From the NCBI GenBank assembly GCA_032718475.1, contig JAUCBJ010002907.1, forward strand, positions 31,356 to 95,355: DNA of 64,000 nt, given 5' to 3'. A program made the position numbers and the translations under genes. Numbering within the stretch: position 1 is the stretch's first letter; every line of letters starts with the position of its first letter. Below, piece by piece: positions 12,171 to 25,977 of this stretch. The notes under the pieces are model-generated. The model was not told the origin of the DNA, did not search any database, and saw only the letters and a list, made by a program, of their open reading frames with translations. The stretch comes from Nemertoderma westbladi. Taxonomy: Eukaryota; Animalia; Xenacoelomorpha.

Positions 12171-14284
12171 AAGAGAATTTGAAATTTTCGAGTGACTATT
12201 TTTAAACATAAATAACTTCGGTTCTACAGGGCCGTTTAATCTGAAACTTTTTTCATTGAATAGAGGATAGATTGTAGTGTGTGAAATAGGATACAACTTG
12301 GGAAAAGACTTATGTGCACTTAGTGCAAAATGCACTTAAATAGTGAACATTTTTTCGATATTTCAAACACTATTATTTCCAGTTCTATTCATCGTAGAAT
12401 GTTATTTTTTGGATTAAAATGTAGTTTGGAATGATTTCTAACTATAATCGTAACATTTGTTTAACTTTTTATGTCTATAAAGTGACTTAAAATGTCCATG
12501 AATATGGTCCAAAATCGCAAATCTAGATTTATTAAATTGGATTTTTGACACTTTTAGCGACTGACACTTGATCATACACCATCGTAGATCGGTAGAGGAT
12601 AAACATAAGTTTGTTAAATAAGAGCCACCATTACGATCTGCTAAAGTGCATTTGTACAAATAAGTGTGCAAAAGTGCAAATTTTTTAATAAGGTCAAATT
12701 ATATAGTATTGGGTTATTTTCTTTGCAGATACTTTATTTTCATATTAATATGTTGTTTGAACCTTACTGAGCGCATTAGGGGATATGCGTACAAATAACC
12801 GGCCCTTATGAGGCTTCGATTGGGTAAATTAATAAAACATAAGGTTGTATAGTATAATATTCTAAAAACCAGTGTGATATTAAATGCACTTTAAATAATA
12901 AATAGAAATCAAATAACAATTGGACCACACAATTAAAAACTCGCACAATTTTGTACTTATTATATCGCTTCAAATTAATTTAACAGTGGATATTTGGGGG
13001 AAGGGGGAAGTTACAGTGTGCATTCGGGGGAAGTTTGGTGAACTGCATTTATGCAGTGAATCCAAACTTCCCCCTTTGATATATCATATACTTAAGACAT
13101 GCTAGGGTAACGGGGAAATATTTGTTACTGTCACACTTTGCTTCCATTTATCCTATCCTTTATTATTACCCCAGTCAGATAAGAGATAATAAATCAGTAA
13201 AAACTAAACTAAAATGTCTTTCATGCAAACAAATTTCTAACTAAAGACGGGTGAATGACCATGACCATGGAAATAATTTTAAATATAATTGTATATCAAC
13301 TATTTGGAGAGGCATCCAAGTTAAACCCGAAAACAATTATTTTGTTACATAGTAAATAACGTTGTATGTTCTTCTTCCTCTCATAATAAAATATAAATGA
13401 AATATCTCAGATCGCTATGCCCTGTAACATTTCACAACCAAAATATTTAAGTGTGAAAAGTGTAGGCCTACCACACTCCGCCCAAACAACCGCAAACGCA
13501 TAGCCAACAAATTTAACAAAAGGTTACATACATGTTGGGTTCATGACGAGATGAGTGAAAATTGATCGCGTAATATAAACTAAAAAATTAAGAGACGGGC
13601 TGGCTCTCCTCCACTTTCTTACCCAATGGATATGTTGTTGTAATAATCTAATATTGGGGCGGCTTTCTCTCGGTATTGAGTTTCAATACTAAGCTTGATA
13701 TGGTTTGTTATGGATAATATTAAGATAACTTTATTGACCGTAAAGAATTTAATTACAAGAAATATGAATTCTATTTCAATTAAATGCAATTTATTTTAAA
13801 TATATTAATTATAAAACCTTAATTAGAAAATCAGGTTCAACTTTGCAGCAAGAAATGTATTCTAAATTTTATTAAACTATTTATGACATACGAAAATAAT
13901 GGTATAAATTTGTCACAATAATCCCAAATTCATACCGGACAAGTGCTGAATGTGGGGTGGGCATTCCAAAAGGTCATTAGACCTTGTCCTGGACTTCAGT
14001 ACCCATGGAGTCCTGCTCCAACATTCCTATCATCCCTATAATTATGAAAGCGAAACGCGGATACGTGCGAATCTAATTTGTAAATAATCAGCTATATAGC
14101 CGGTGCCGACAGAGCTGTATATAGTACCGGAGCCGGTGCCGGAGTTCCACAATCACCAATAACTTTACTTTATTTTACATCGATTGGATGGCAGTTCAAA
14201 ATTCCTTCTCAAATAATTTTCAATGCCTGTGAAAAAGCAAAATGTAATTTAGAATTTTATCGCTGGCTTTACTAATCTTCATTA

Positions 14285-14639
14285 GGATGTTAGGACAATT
14301 GCGACCTGGACAATTGCGACCTGGACAATTGCGACCTGGACAATTGCGACCCGGACAATTGCGACCCGGTCAATTGCGACCCATGGTCTTAGAAAAAATT
14401 GATGGGTCGCAATTGTCCGGGTCGCAATTGTCCGGGTCACAATTATCCGGATCCAGATAAAAAGTAATGTATATCATTGAAAATTGCGAGCCGGACAATT
14501 GCGACCCGGACAATTGCGAGCCGGACGATTGCGACCCATAGTTTTATTTAAAAACATGGGTCGCAATTGACCGGGTCGCAATTGTCCGGGTCGCAATTGT
14601 CTGGGTAGCTATTGTCCGGGTCGCAATTGTCCGGACTCC
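14285..14639. mobile_element. Foldback/Mutator-like MITE built of 15-bp GGACAATTGCGACC(C/T) units in alternating orientation
   Basis: Forward/reverse/forward/reverse arrays; GGA...TCC termini; target duplication CTTCATTA at 14277-14284 and 14640-14647. Confidence 0.8.
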
Positions 14640-15443
14640 CTTCATTAGTTAGATATGGCATCTAAGGAAGATTAGTAAAGCCAGCGATAAAATTTTATTA
14701 CTGCGTACGTTTCGGTTTAATAACACAAACAATTATCGATGCTAAAATAATGCGAGCTAGAACTGTCAGACCGGGACTACAAACAATTTAAAAAAAAAAT
14801 TTACAAAAAGCAGAACATTTAGCGACAACTAAGAAGAAAATCAGTCAGGATTTAAATAGTACCGTAGCTATGAATAGGGATTATATTGAAAAGAGGCCTA
14901 TCAACAAAAACTATCTTTACTACAGGAGTATGAGTGGAATATAAGTAATGAGATCATACTTGACAGAATGATTGAAAACTGCTGAGTCAACGGTTGGACT
15001 AAAACGGCCTGTTGAGTAAGAGATGCCAGTGATGCTTTGCATATTGCAAAATGTCTAAGTCCAATATAGGAGTCAGTACAGACACCACTGGAAAAGTAGT
15101 AATATTCACACGCATGTGTTGGGGCAATTTGTCTTTATAACTAAAATTGAAGAAATATAGCAAGGCGGGTTAAATATAAATACTATACGTAATAATTGAA
15201 TGTGACCAACGTAATTAATTTAGCTTTCACCAATAAACCATGATGGGTAGTTAAAGGGTAGTTCAGAGATAAGATTTCGGCTTTCTGGAGAATTTTCACT
15301 ACAAATGGAATATTCAAGTTCAAATTCACCTCTATATATTGTATACAAATATTTAATTATGTGCAATTTAAAAACAAGCTGTTGCAATGGCAAACTCACA
15401 TCTCTCTAGGGGTCCTACTCTACTGGCCCTTTTCAACTTTTAA

Positions 15444-16883
15444 CCCTATTAGTACCGGGCTATAAAATGTTGTACAAATACCGGGGGGGGGGGGGGGGGG
15501 GGGTCATATTGACCCCCCCCCCATCTAAAATCTACAAATTTTTACGGAAACGTTTGATTTTTTGTTTGTACGTAGGTATCACTAGTCTGGATACGACCGA
15601 AAAAAATTTTTTTCGAAAAAATGTACTGGGGTGGTTATATTGCAGCACCAAAATTACAAGTAGTGCACAATTTTCACAAAATTTGAAAGTTACATTTTTC
15701 GGCTAATTGCTTTTCAATACAGGTTTTCTGGGGCGCAAAATAGATTGGAAAATATTTAAAAATAACATGGTTACTATAAATGGCTGTTTAGTCCTCTCTG
15801 CGTAGGAAAAAAATGAAAAAGACAAGTAACCAGCACTTTTCAGTTGAACACAAAATTTATAAGTCACTTATACGATGCTATAAATTCACATTTTTAGGTT
15901 TTGATTTTTTTCGATTTTTTTCACATTTTTAGATTTTTGGGCGCTGATTCTAATGGAATACATTTCTAATATGCCAGATCATTGCAACTTGTATTTTTCG
16001 GCGTAATTTGGCAAAGTTTGGTGCTAGCACCAAATTTCGTACCAATCACCAAAAAGTACAAGTTTGCGATGTCCAGTGCTGTTTTATTGATTCCATCGGA
16101 TTCAGGACCCTCGCAAACCCGTATAACGCAAGAAACAAGATAATACTATCTTCTGATCAATTTGCTTATTTTCCAAAATTTGGTGCTGGCACAACAATTT
16201 TCACCCACCGGCAAAAAATACAAGTTTGAAAACTCTTATGAAATTTTTACTGATTCCATTGAATTCAGAACCCTCACAAACCCGTATAACGCAAGAAACA
16301 AGGTGACACAATCAATTGATATATTTGATGGTTTTCAAAATTTGGTGCTAGCACCACATTTTGCACCCACTTACGAAAAATACAAGTTTGAAATGTCTAG
16401 TTCAATAAATATATATTCCATTGAATTCAGAACAGCCATAAACCTCTAAAACGCAAGAAATAAATTGTCACAAGCAATTTTATATATTGAATGGATTTTC
16501 AAAATTTGGTGCTGGCACCAAAATTTGGCACCCGTCGAAAAAAACAAGTTTGAAATATCTAAATCAATTTATATGAATTCTATCCAATTGCTAACACCAA
16601 AAAACTGGTGTAAATCAAAAATAGAGATGTTTCAATTCATATTTAATGAAATGTAATTTTCAAAAAACGTCTCAAAAAAAGTGCCAAAAGTAGTGTTAAA
16701 ATATGGTGCTATAACTCGAAAACTACCCAATATTTTTTAAAACGGTTTTCACTACTAGGAAGACAATAGATTTTTAGGAAAAGTCATAAAATTTCAGATA
16801 CTCTACTGCGTTTGTTTCAGAATTAAAATAAAAAAACCACGGGGGGGGGGGGGGTCATATTGACCCCCCCGGGTTTAATAGGG
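15444..16883. mobile_element. Non-autonomous piggyBac-like element (1.44 kb)
   Basis: TTAA|CCCTATTAGTACCGGG ... CCCGGGTTTAATAGGG|TTAA; subterminal GGGGTCATATTGACCCC palindromes at both ends; internal imperfect tandem repeats; no transposase. Confidence 0.85.
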
Positions 16884-17154
16884 TTAATGAATGGGAACTC
16901 AAACGGATTCTGGTAAATGCAACACGAAGGTAATCAGGTATGTAAATGTTTGATTTATATGCACGATGTTGAGTTAATGAGGGTTAATAAGAGTCCTATA
17001 TAAAGTAAACTTACTCGCACTTAGGTTTACTTAAAATTCTACTACTACTACTACTAATATAATCGCCTATATAGCTGTATTGATATGCTACACTGGCTTG
17101 ACATACATATTTATGCCACCACCACCATGCAAATCTTCAATTGACATGCCCCAA

Positions 17155-17270
17155 TGCAGCGTTCATTAAGAATGCTATGCCGGCTTATCAACAAAATTGC
17201 CCCACCAAAACTCCCTATCCCCAATGACTTTCGCGAGATTATCCGCATCTTCAAGCCAGTGTCCTTTAAG
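17155..17270 (-). mobile_element. RTE-like LINE 3' fragment (same family as 2015-3020)
   Basis: Reverse complement matches about 2915-3030 and 18930-19035 (TTAAGAATGCT.TGCCGGCTT...CCAGTGTCCTTTAAG). Confidence 0.7.
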
Positions 17271-17447
17271 TTGCGTCCAAGGACAACTCTACTACAGGAC
17301 TGGCCTAGGCTAAATTCGGACTCAGCTAGCTAAGTCTGGTTTTCATTAAAGGTACCGGTACTCCAGTAGGTACTTTACTATTGCTGCAGTACTGCAGTAA
17401 CCTGGTGGGGTGGTAGTACAAATTAGTACTAGTAGTAATACAGTATT

Positions 17448-17842
17448 TGTAAGGGGATTCAATTCCGTGCATTACCCACCCAAAATGCGACTAGTGGCAC
17501 TTTACCAATATAGTTGGCGATGTGAGATTACCAATAATAATCTCACCTCATAACCAACTGGGGGGGCGATACACGCCGTAAGCCACAGAGAGAGGTGAGA
17601 GGTCAAACCACCTCAGAGGGAGAAACCAGCTAGTGAGGCTAGCACCAAGGGGAAACACCAACAGGTAGTGGCGAAGTGACAATTAGTATATAAGCCAATG
17701 GTGGGCAGGAAAGCACATTGGGGAGGACAAGAGCGCATCCATTGGGTATTAGAGGCCGCCCAGTAGTGTAGGGCTAAAACCAATATGTGTCAATGATATA
17801 ACTCCTGTAATCACTGATTATTAGTTAGTTGATTCCCTTACG
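17448..17842. mobile_element. Possible solo LTR
   Basis: Inverted termini TGTAAGGGGATTCAA ... TTGATTCCCTTACG and an internal TATATAAG; no clear TSD. Confidence 0.3.
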
Positions 17843-18155
17843 GTTGTGAGACTGGAATAGTTTTTGACCGTCGTTACCGTTACTGTTTGTATTGCATATT
17901 ATTATATTCAGACTGTGCTATTATCAACTGCTGTGATTATCAACACTGACAATTTAACTCTCTGTTTTTCAATATGTTGGCCTAACATATCCAGCAGTCA
18001 GCCAGCAGCTTACGAACGCGACGACGCGTACAACCTACACCGGTCGGGAGCTGATACTGTCAACTCCGTCAGCCCCGTCACAGTATTATAGTTTAAGCTA
18101 CTACGGTATTAACAATAATATTAATATTATTATTCCTTTCCTTTTGTGTTTTGAG

Positions 18156-18413
18156 ATGCCTAATCACTCTATTGTGTACGGTTGCAATAGCAATTATAAA
18201 TCGACCGGTGTCAAGGTTGGAACTGTTAAATTTCCGGCGAAGGATCCTGAGTGTCAGGTGTGGATAAATGCGTTTCCTCCCCGGAAAGATCACAATAACC
18301 GGCCATTCATATACGGAACAAATTCCTTTGTCTGTGTGAAACATTCACCAGGTTTCTCTTATGATGAGGCTGCTGTTCCTAAATACAAAGTACCTGGTTT
18401 TGTGCAGCCCTAG
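18156..18413 (+). pseudogene. THAP zinc-finger fragment (P-element/THAP transposase remnant)
   Basis: MPNHSIVYGCNSNY...KFP...WINAFP...SFVCVKHS fits THAP C2CH spacing (MP-x-C-x-V-x-GC, FP, W, VC-x-x-HF), with the first Cys replaced by Ser. Confidence 0.6.
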
Positions 18414-18747
18414 GATGTGTGAATTTGTGCATGATTTTAAATTTATAAAAAAATTACATGTACATACCATGCTGCATTATCCTTGAGGTTTAATATAAAA
18501 TTACTAGACTGTTTGAGCATGATAATTAGAGCGCACAACTTAAATCAATCAGTAATAATTAATTCTGAAAGGTGTCAGAATATTGGTATTAGATCAATAG
18601 ATCAAGAAGTGTTTAAGATAAATTTAAATAACATTATCCCCCCAAACCTACAAGTATAAACTATAACAATCTGACCAATAGACAATGAGTTAGTGCGTTT
18701 AGAAGGACCTTTTTCTAAGTGACCAAAAATATAATTTGAAATGAAAT

Positions 18748-18789
18748 AACCGAGTATATTTCGGGCAACAGCCCTTTATCAACTCAATT
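18748..18789 (-). ncRNA. Minimal type I hammerhead ribozyme-like motif (U3-A8 core variant), Penelope-type
   Basis: Minus strand AATTGAG-TTGATAA-A-GGGC-TGTT-GCCC-GAAA-TATA-CTCGGTT: stem I, perfect 4-bp stem II, GAAA, and a palindromic minimal stem III. Confidence 0.55.
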
Positions 18790-18929
18790 CAGTTAAACTG
18801 CATGCAGGTGTAAAGTACAGAAGTACATACAGAACTAAACTACTGTAGGACTAAACTACTACAGGACAGCCTGTGATTCCTTACCGGTAAGTACTACTAG
18901 TATCGGCATGCTGCATTGCAGCTGCATTT

Positions 18930-19452
18930 TTAAGAATGCTGTGCCGGCTTGTCGACAAAATTGCGCCGCCACAACTCCCTATCACCCATGACATTTGCTA
19001 GATCATCCGCATCTTTAAGGCCAGTGTCCTTTAAGATGCGTCTCAAGAAAGTCATGGGCTGTCCACCATGCTTATTCACTCCATGAGGCTGCCAAAGTAC
19101 AAGATTATGCACTGGCTGGTCCTCATGGCGAAAGCAATGTCCTGCAAAGCGGAGGCGATTTTGTTCTAGTGTCAAGCTTGGGGGAACCAATGAGACACCT
19201 CCAATGTTATATAGTGTCTGGTTGGAGATGTGTGCATTTTACTTGACACAATGAACCCGGCGTAGCATTCTTGTGAATGTGCCATCCAGAGATTTGGTGT
19301 CCTCAGCAGTTAGAGCCCAGCATGGACTCCCGTAGAGGAGTACTGGAACTACTGCTGCTCTAAATAATCGGACCTTAAGTTCCCGATTAATTCTCGGTGA
19401 CTTCCAAATCCTGGAAAGCCTATTCAAGGCTGCCCATGCCTTTCCCTTACGA
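18930..19452 (-). mobile_element. RTE-like LINE 3' portion
   Basis: RLSRIWKS...KVRLFRAAVVPVLLYGSPCW and RLRFAGHCFRH...LVLWQP; paralogous to 2525-3020. Confidence 0.85.
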
Positions 19453-19459
19453 AATCATA

Positions 19460-19850
19460 GCTAGCAATGTTATTGGCATGGTGCTACATCCAGACAAGTC
19501 GCGGTTGATTACATCTTCTACACTTATTGAAGACCAGCAGCAAGACAACCTTGATAGTGTTGTGGTGAAGTTCTAAAGTGTGATCCACACACGTTTCTGG
19601 GAAGTCAGATTTCTCTGGACCCTATCCTGAAACAGATCGAAAATATATTAACAGTCGAGCATCAACCTGCTACCAATACTCTACATTTCTAACCAAAAAC
19701 TGCGATGCTCCAGTCAGTGTGACAAGCTGCTCTAAACTCGTCACTCCTATACGGCTGCGAGACCTGGTGGTCCAAAGACTTAAAACAGATTACTCAGTTT
19801 TTCAATAAAATAACCAAACATCTACTGGGCGTTCGACAGACCACCCCCAA
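19460..19850 (+). mobile_element. Highly degraded RTE-type RT fragment (different subfamily)
   Basis: CTCCTATACGGCTGCGAGACCTGG encodes LLYGCETW near 19744-19767. Confidence 0.45.
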
Positions 19851-22468
19851 TATGTTAGCATACATCGAGCTCGCTCGCTCGCACAGTGGGCCAGGGGTGG
19901 CCAAAATACCCTAAAATGAAGTTTGTTTTAGTGGTTTGAAACATATCCTATCTTGTAGACCACAACAAGTACATCAATGTACTTACTAATTACTACTTAC
20001 TAATTATATATATGTACTGTATATGTATATTACATCTTTATCGTTGAGTCGGACATTGTCACGCTCTCGGTAAAGTTGTACATGTACATAGTGTAATTAC
20101 GTTTTATATTGGTATTAGGTTAGCGTAGTGTAATATTGTATTTGTAACCAAGTAACATAAAGGACCCCCTTGGAAATAAGCTGCAAAGCTTTAGGGGTAA
20201 TCCTATATGTTATGTTGGACAATACCTTTATACCGGTACATTGTTTGGTGTATTTGTTATTGTTTTTACATAATGTATAAATAAATCTATCTATCTATAA
20301 TGGGATTCTACTTCAGCTTAGTTGTTATTTGTGATCAGTGATGGGCTGAAAATTTAATCAGCTCTCTAAGCTGGAATATAAAACAAATGGCCATAGAAAC
20401 CAGGTTAGTTGCCTCAATGTAAAACTCTGTTGCTTACCATGATTGGCTGATATTATCATGAAAGCAAAAACCCTTGGCCCTTAGTATAAATCAACACCCT
20501 TGCAGTATGATTCATCATTCATTAGGAGCAACAATTATTCAATGTAATATGAATAAGTTATTTTATGATAAAAATCTCAAATACATTCTGCAAAATACTG
20601 TGAGACTTATTCACTCACAAAGTTTGGTAAACAAATTGCTCATAATATTTTGTGCCATGCTAAACACATGTGCCACATGCTAAAAGTGGCACCTATGTGC
20701 CACTAGAGAATTCTAAACCGTTTGTAATAGAATCAGCACCTTTGAAAACGGTTATATTGAAAAATATCGACACATGAAAAATATCGAGAGTAAAAATAAC
20801 GCGAGTAAAAATAACGAGTGTTGAAAAATAACGATAATATCGAGAGTTCAAAAAATATCGAGAGTAAAAATATCGAGTGTAAAAATATAGAGAGTAAAAA
20901 TAACGAGTGTTGAAAAATATCGAGAGTAAAAATATCGAGTGTTGAAAAATATCGAGAGTAAAAATATCGAGAGTAAAAACATCGAGTGTTGAAAAATATC
21001 GAGAGTAAAAATATCGAGTGTTGAAAAATATCGAGAGTAAAATATTGAGTGTTGAAAAATATCGAGAGTAAAAATATTGAGTGTTGAAAAATATCGAGAG
21101 TAAAAATATCGAGTGTTGAAAAATATCGAGAGTAAAAATATCGAGTGTTGAAAAATATCGAGAGTAAAAATATCGAGTGTTGAAAAATATCGAGTGATGA
21201 ATAATATCGAGAGTAAAAATATCGAGTGTTGAAAAATATCGAGAGTAAAAATATCGAGTGTTGAAAAATATCGAGTGTTGAAAAATATCGAGAGTAAAAA
21301 TATCGAGTGTTGAAAAATATCGAGAGTAAAAATATCGAGAGTAAAAACATCGAGTGTTGAAAAATATCGAGAGTAAAAATATCGAGTGTTGAAAAATATC
21401 GAGAGTAAAAATATCGAGTGTTGAAAAATATCGAGAGTAAAAATATTGAGTGTTGAAAAATATCGAGAGTAAAAATAATGAGTGTTGAAAAATATCGAGA
21501 GTAAAAATATCGAGTGTTGAAAAATATCGAGAGTAAAAATATTGAGTGTTGAAAAATATCGAGAGTAAAAATAACGAGTGTTGAAAAATATCGAGTGTGT
21601 AAAAATATCGAGTGTTGAAAAATATCGAGTGTTGAAAAATATCGAGAGTAAAAATAAAGAGTGTTGAAAAATATCGAGTGTTGAAAAATATCGAGAGTAA
21701 AAATATCGAGTGTTGAAAAATATCAAGTGTTGAAAAATATTGAGAGTAAAATTATCGAGTGTTGAAAAATATCGAGAGTAAAAATAACAAGGGTTGAAAA
21801 ATATCGAGTGTTGAAACATATCGAGAGTAAAAATATCGAGAGTAAAAATATCGAGTGTTGAAAAATATCGAGAGTAAAAATATTGAGAGTTGAAAAATAT
21901 CGAGAGAAAAAATATTGGTGATGAAAAATATCGAGAGTAAAAATATCGAGTGTTGAAAAATATCGAGAGTAATAATAACGAGTGCTGAAAAATATCGAGA
22001 GTAAAAATATCGAGAGTAAAAATATTGAGTGTTGAAAAATATCGAGAGTAAGAATCATTCGTGATAAAAATAGGAGGGGATTACCAGGTGTTCCATTTTA
22101 ATATTTAACAACAATTATTATAAGATTTAGTGTGTAAAATATGCAAATGGTAATTGTATAATGAAAGCTACATATTATTATATTAAATACAAACGGTCCC
22201 AAATTAAATTGATCAAACTAAAGTTATTGAAAATATGAATGAATGCAAATTTATTATATTAAATACATACGGTTAAAAAATTAAATTGAACAAACTAAAG
22301 TAATGGAAAATATGAATGAATGCAAAGTAACTTATTAAATAAATCTCAGTTTAAAGAGTTTAGTGTATATCTTGTATTTTTTTTAATTGAAACAATATTG
22401 AGTAATTTTGTATACAGTAGTTTAGGCCTAGAGTTGTGTACAGAGTGTATCTTAGTAAAGAAACTATC

Positions 22469-23899
22469 TTAGAGTTTAAGATTTCTAGCCACGCCGTACA
22501 AATAATCTTCTATACAAATTTCACCACAGTCAAATTTGAGGCAGAGAGAGTATAGATTTCTTTCCTTTTCTATTTGTTTCTTTGATTTGACCTTCCCATG
22601 TGCCCTACATTCCAGATTCAATCGAATGTCGTGTTCCATCTTACAGTGCTCCCCTAGCAGCTGTTCAATCAATTCCCAAATTCCGGGATGGTGCTTTCCA
22701 GCAACAACATTCAGTCGATGATGATATCCTTCCTGAGCATTGTTAGTGCGGTCTATCTCTTCCGAAATGTTTCGATAAACATTCCATTCCGATGGTGTAT
22801 ACCGAGGTGTAGAAAATATTTCGCGCTTACGAACTACTTTCTTAAACTTTCCATGGCCGTACGTGGAATCAAAGTAATTGAACAGATCCTTTTAAGCGTC
22901 ACTTTGGAATAAAGGCTTGAATGCTTCAAGCTGCAGCAAAACAACTTCTTCTGGTAGAAATGCGAGTGCTATAAGTTTTCGAACACGCACAGAAAACTCT
23001 TCATTCTCCGTGTACAGCACTGACAGTCCGAGCTCCTGTACCTTGCGAAATACCGATTGACCTAAATGGAAAAGGCATCGCTGAACCTTTCCATTTTCGA
23101 AATAGGTGAGAAACGCGTTTGCACTTCCTTTTTCGAAATCCAAGTGGATTGTTATGTCATTCTTGAAGACTACATCGTTCTCTGCAGCTAAATCGAACAA
23201 AATCTGGAATACAGATTCGTAACTCTCCTGATCGTGACGTTGCATTAGCACATAAATCTGCGGGTACCAGGCATGGTATTTCTTACCAAGGATTGTACAA
23301 AGCTGTCTATTTGATCCAAATAACTTCGGAACAATTTTAAAAGTTCCATCAGCCATCCATTCATCCGTGCGACTCAGTTTGACGATATTATTATTTGTGC
23401 CAAACATTATTTTCCGGTTCCCTTCGCGGTTTTCGTTGTCATGTAAAAGGAATTTCTCACCGTCTAGGGTTTCCAGTGAAATATCATTTAATGCAAGTTC
23501 ATCTAATGAAGCAGGCTCTTTTGGTTATAGCTTGCGTTTCATGTAATTGATTTTCTGTCGGATTACAGTATCACTTGGTAGTTGTCGTTCAATAAGTGAC
23601 TCGGAATGAATCTTGTTGATTATTTGCTGGGGTTTAGCAAAGCGATTGAATTTCATCATTTCATCCAATCGGTAGTCAACAGATTTGATGCCCTGGGGGT
23701 CAGCGATGTGGGAATGCACAATATTCCTTTCATTCTTTCAAGTGTCTTGTTCAGTTGTAATTAGGCGAGCATTACACGTATTATATTGAGAGCACCTCCA
23801 GCATGTGGTTTTTGAACTTGGGTTGTAACGATCTTTTATAAATTTATAGCCATCCAAAATTAAGCATCTCTTGCCTTTGTTAGAAATGGTAAACTCCAT
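22469..23899 (-). pseudogene. FLYWCH + MULE DDE transposase, disrupted by stops and frameshifts
   Basis: LILDGYKF...WRCSQYNTCNARL...HSH (FLYWCH); WMADGTFKIVP, IHLDFEKG, CLFHLGQSVFRKVQELGL, RTNNAQEGYH. Confidence 0.88.
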
Positions 23900-24110
23900 G
23901 ACAAATATAGCTATAAATACCAACTACCAACGAAACACTAGCTACAGTACAGTAGTACCATAGAATCTAAAATAAATATAGTTTAAAAAAATATAATTTT
24001 CATAGATTCATTTTTTTGTAAAAGCGCAAGCTAGCAACATAATACAGTAGCGAGTACGATAAAAAAAAATAAAATAAACAATGTCTTTTAATAAAAATAC
24101 ATTTAAAAAA

Positions 24111-24673
24111 TGGCATTAGTGTGGCCTGGGTGCCCACTTTTTTTCCAATTTTTTCATGTGAAAGTGACTATTATCGTGAGAAGTTTTTTGTTGTAGAACA
24201 AAAAATTTACCTGACGATAAGATGAGATTTTTTTGTATGGTAGCTAGTGTTTTTTATGGAGCTAGTATTTTTAGAAGTGTGTTTTTTCCATAGGATTTAA
24301 TTGATACTAACTCACTTTCTTATTTCAAATTCATGATATTATTATCCATAGAGAACGTATAGATTAAATCAACAAATAAATATTTAAAAAAACACTAGCT
24401 AGTAAAAATTACTAGCTAGGTAGCGGTACCACATGACTCAGTAAATATTCTACGGATATTACTACTGTATAAGTTTAAATATGTTTAAAAAAAATTCCAA
24501 TTTTTTTTTACTAGCTAGTTAATAGTACTAGCTAGTAAAAAAATGAAAAAATAATAGCTACCGGTACCATCTTACTGTCAGAAGGTCAAATTTTTGTTCT
24601 AAATCAATAAACCTCTTGTTAATAGTCATTTTCAAATGGGTCAAAAAGTGGGCACCAAGGCCACACTATGCCA
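24111..24673. mobile_element. Hairpin/MITE-like element with long imperfect inverted arms
   Basis: TGGCATTAGTGTGGCCTGGGTGCCCACTTTT ... AAAAGTGGGCACCAAGGCCACACTATGCCA; inverted similarity continues inward for more than 100 bp. Confidence 0.65.
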
Positions 24674-24920
24674 AAAAAAAAAATAAAAGAAATGAATTCT
24701 GTATAGCTACCGGTATAATTTTTGTAAAACACTAGCTTCAAATGAAAAAATAGTAGCAACCACCGAAACCAATACCTACCATGAATCATTTAATATAAAA
24801 TAAATAAGTTGACAATATGTAAATAATGGTGACACTGATTTAACATACCGGTAATAAAAATAGATAAAATAGTTTTCGAAAAGTTATATTCTAGCGACCA
24901 AATACAATATACACTATTAA

Positions 24921-25573
24921 AGGATGGTTTACACGTGGCAACATTTTGTGCAACATTTTTTTATACTAGCTAGTTTTTTACTTTTTTTTTAAATGTTCTG
25001 AACATATTATCTAATCATTTAATATAAACATTTTGTTCAAGAACCATTATCATTACCACAATCTTTTAATATAAAAATTTTGTTCAAGAACAAATACTTT
25101 TTGATCTAGAACAAAAAAAAACTATCTAATTTGTTAATTTTTTTTTGTACCGACGTATGTTATCTTTGTATCACATAGGCCTATTTAATAAAATGTTCTA
25201 GTTAAAATGTTCTAGAACAAATAATATTGGTTCTAGAACATTACTTTTTACAAAAATGAATAGACGACATGTCCTTGAACATTTAAAAAAAGTAAGAAAA
25301 ACTGGCTTTGATAACAACAAAAAAACCTAATTAATTAATTATGTTCTAGAACAACAATAATTTGTTCAGAACAAAATATATAAAATAAAATGAATAGACA
25401 ATACAGTATGTTCTAGAACATTTAAAAAATGTAACAAAAACTAGCTAGTATAAACAATTTGGGATGGGAGGGGGGGGTGTGCCCACAACACAGTGCGCGG
25501 TACGTGCAAAGCACATGCACGGTACGTGCATGTGCAACTTGGTCAGAAACATGCCACATGTGTAAACCGGCCT
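24921..25573. mobile_element. PIF/Harbinger-like MITE
   Basis: TAA|AGGATGGTTTACACGTGGCA ... TGCCACATGTGTAAACCGGCCT|TAA (3-bp TAA TSD). Confidence 0.65.
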
Positions 25574-25787
25574 TAAACTTGCTTATACTTTATAAACAAA
25601 CTAAATGATCTGGAAAGAGTACGGTATTATTTCCCAGGAAACAGGTTAAACTTAAATTTATACACTATACAATACGGATGGCATTAATACACTTTCGGTA
25701 CCCTTAGTTTGAATGACCAATTTTTTTCACATGAAAAAGGCTTTTATCATTAGGTTTTTTCTCTTGTACAAATATTTGATCGTCTGA

Positions 25788-25977
25788 GGCCGCGTTCACA
25801 CTACCGAGTCAAAGTCAAAATAAAATAAATATAGTTAGCTAGCAATAATAAATAATAATACATTATGTAGGCCTAATATAATACATAAGGGCGTTCTAGA
25901 AAACAATAAATTTCTTCTGATTTGTTTTATATTTTGTCTTTTGACTTTGACTTTGACTCGGTAGTGTGAACGCGGCC
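25788..25977. mobile_element. PIF/Harbinger-like MITE, 190 bp
   Basis: Perfect TIR of more than 30 bp, GGCCGCGTTCACACTACCGAGTCAAAGTCAAA; flanks TGA/TAA. Confidence 0.8.

Noticed and set aside
13210-13270. C..C...RVNDHDH motif reminiscent of Polinton-associated endonuclease VII
   Set aside because: Very short, interrupted by a stop, and without supporting flanking homology.
16008-16656. Short ORFs duplicated at 45995-46452
   Set aside because: Internal tandem repeats of the non-autonomous piggyBac-like element; no transposase motifs.
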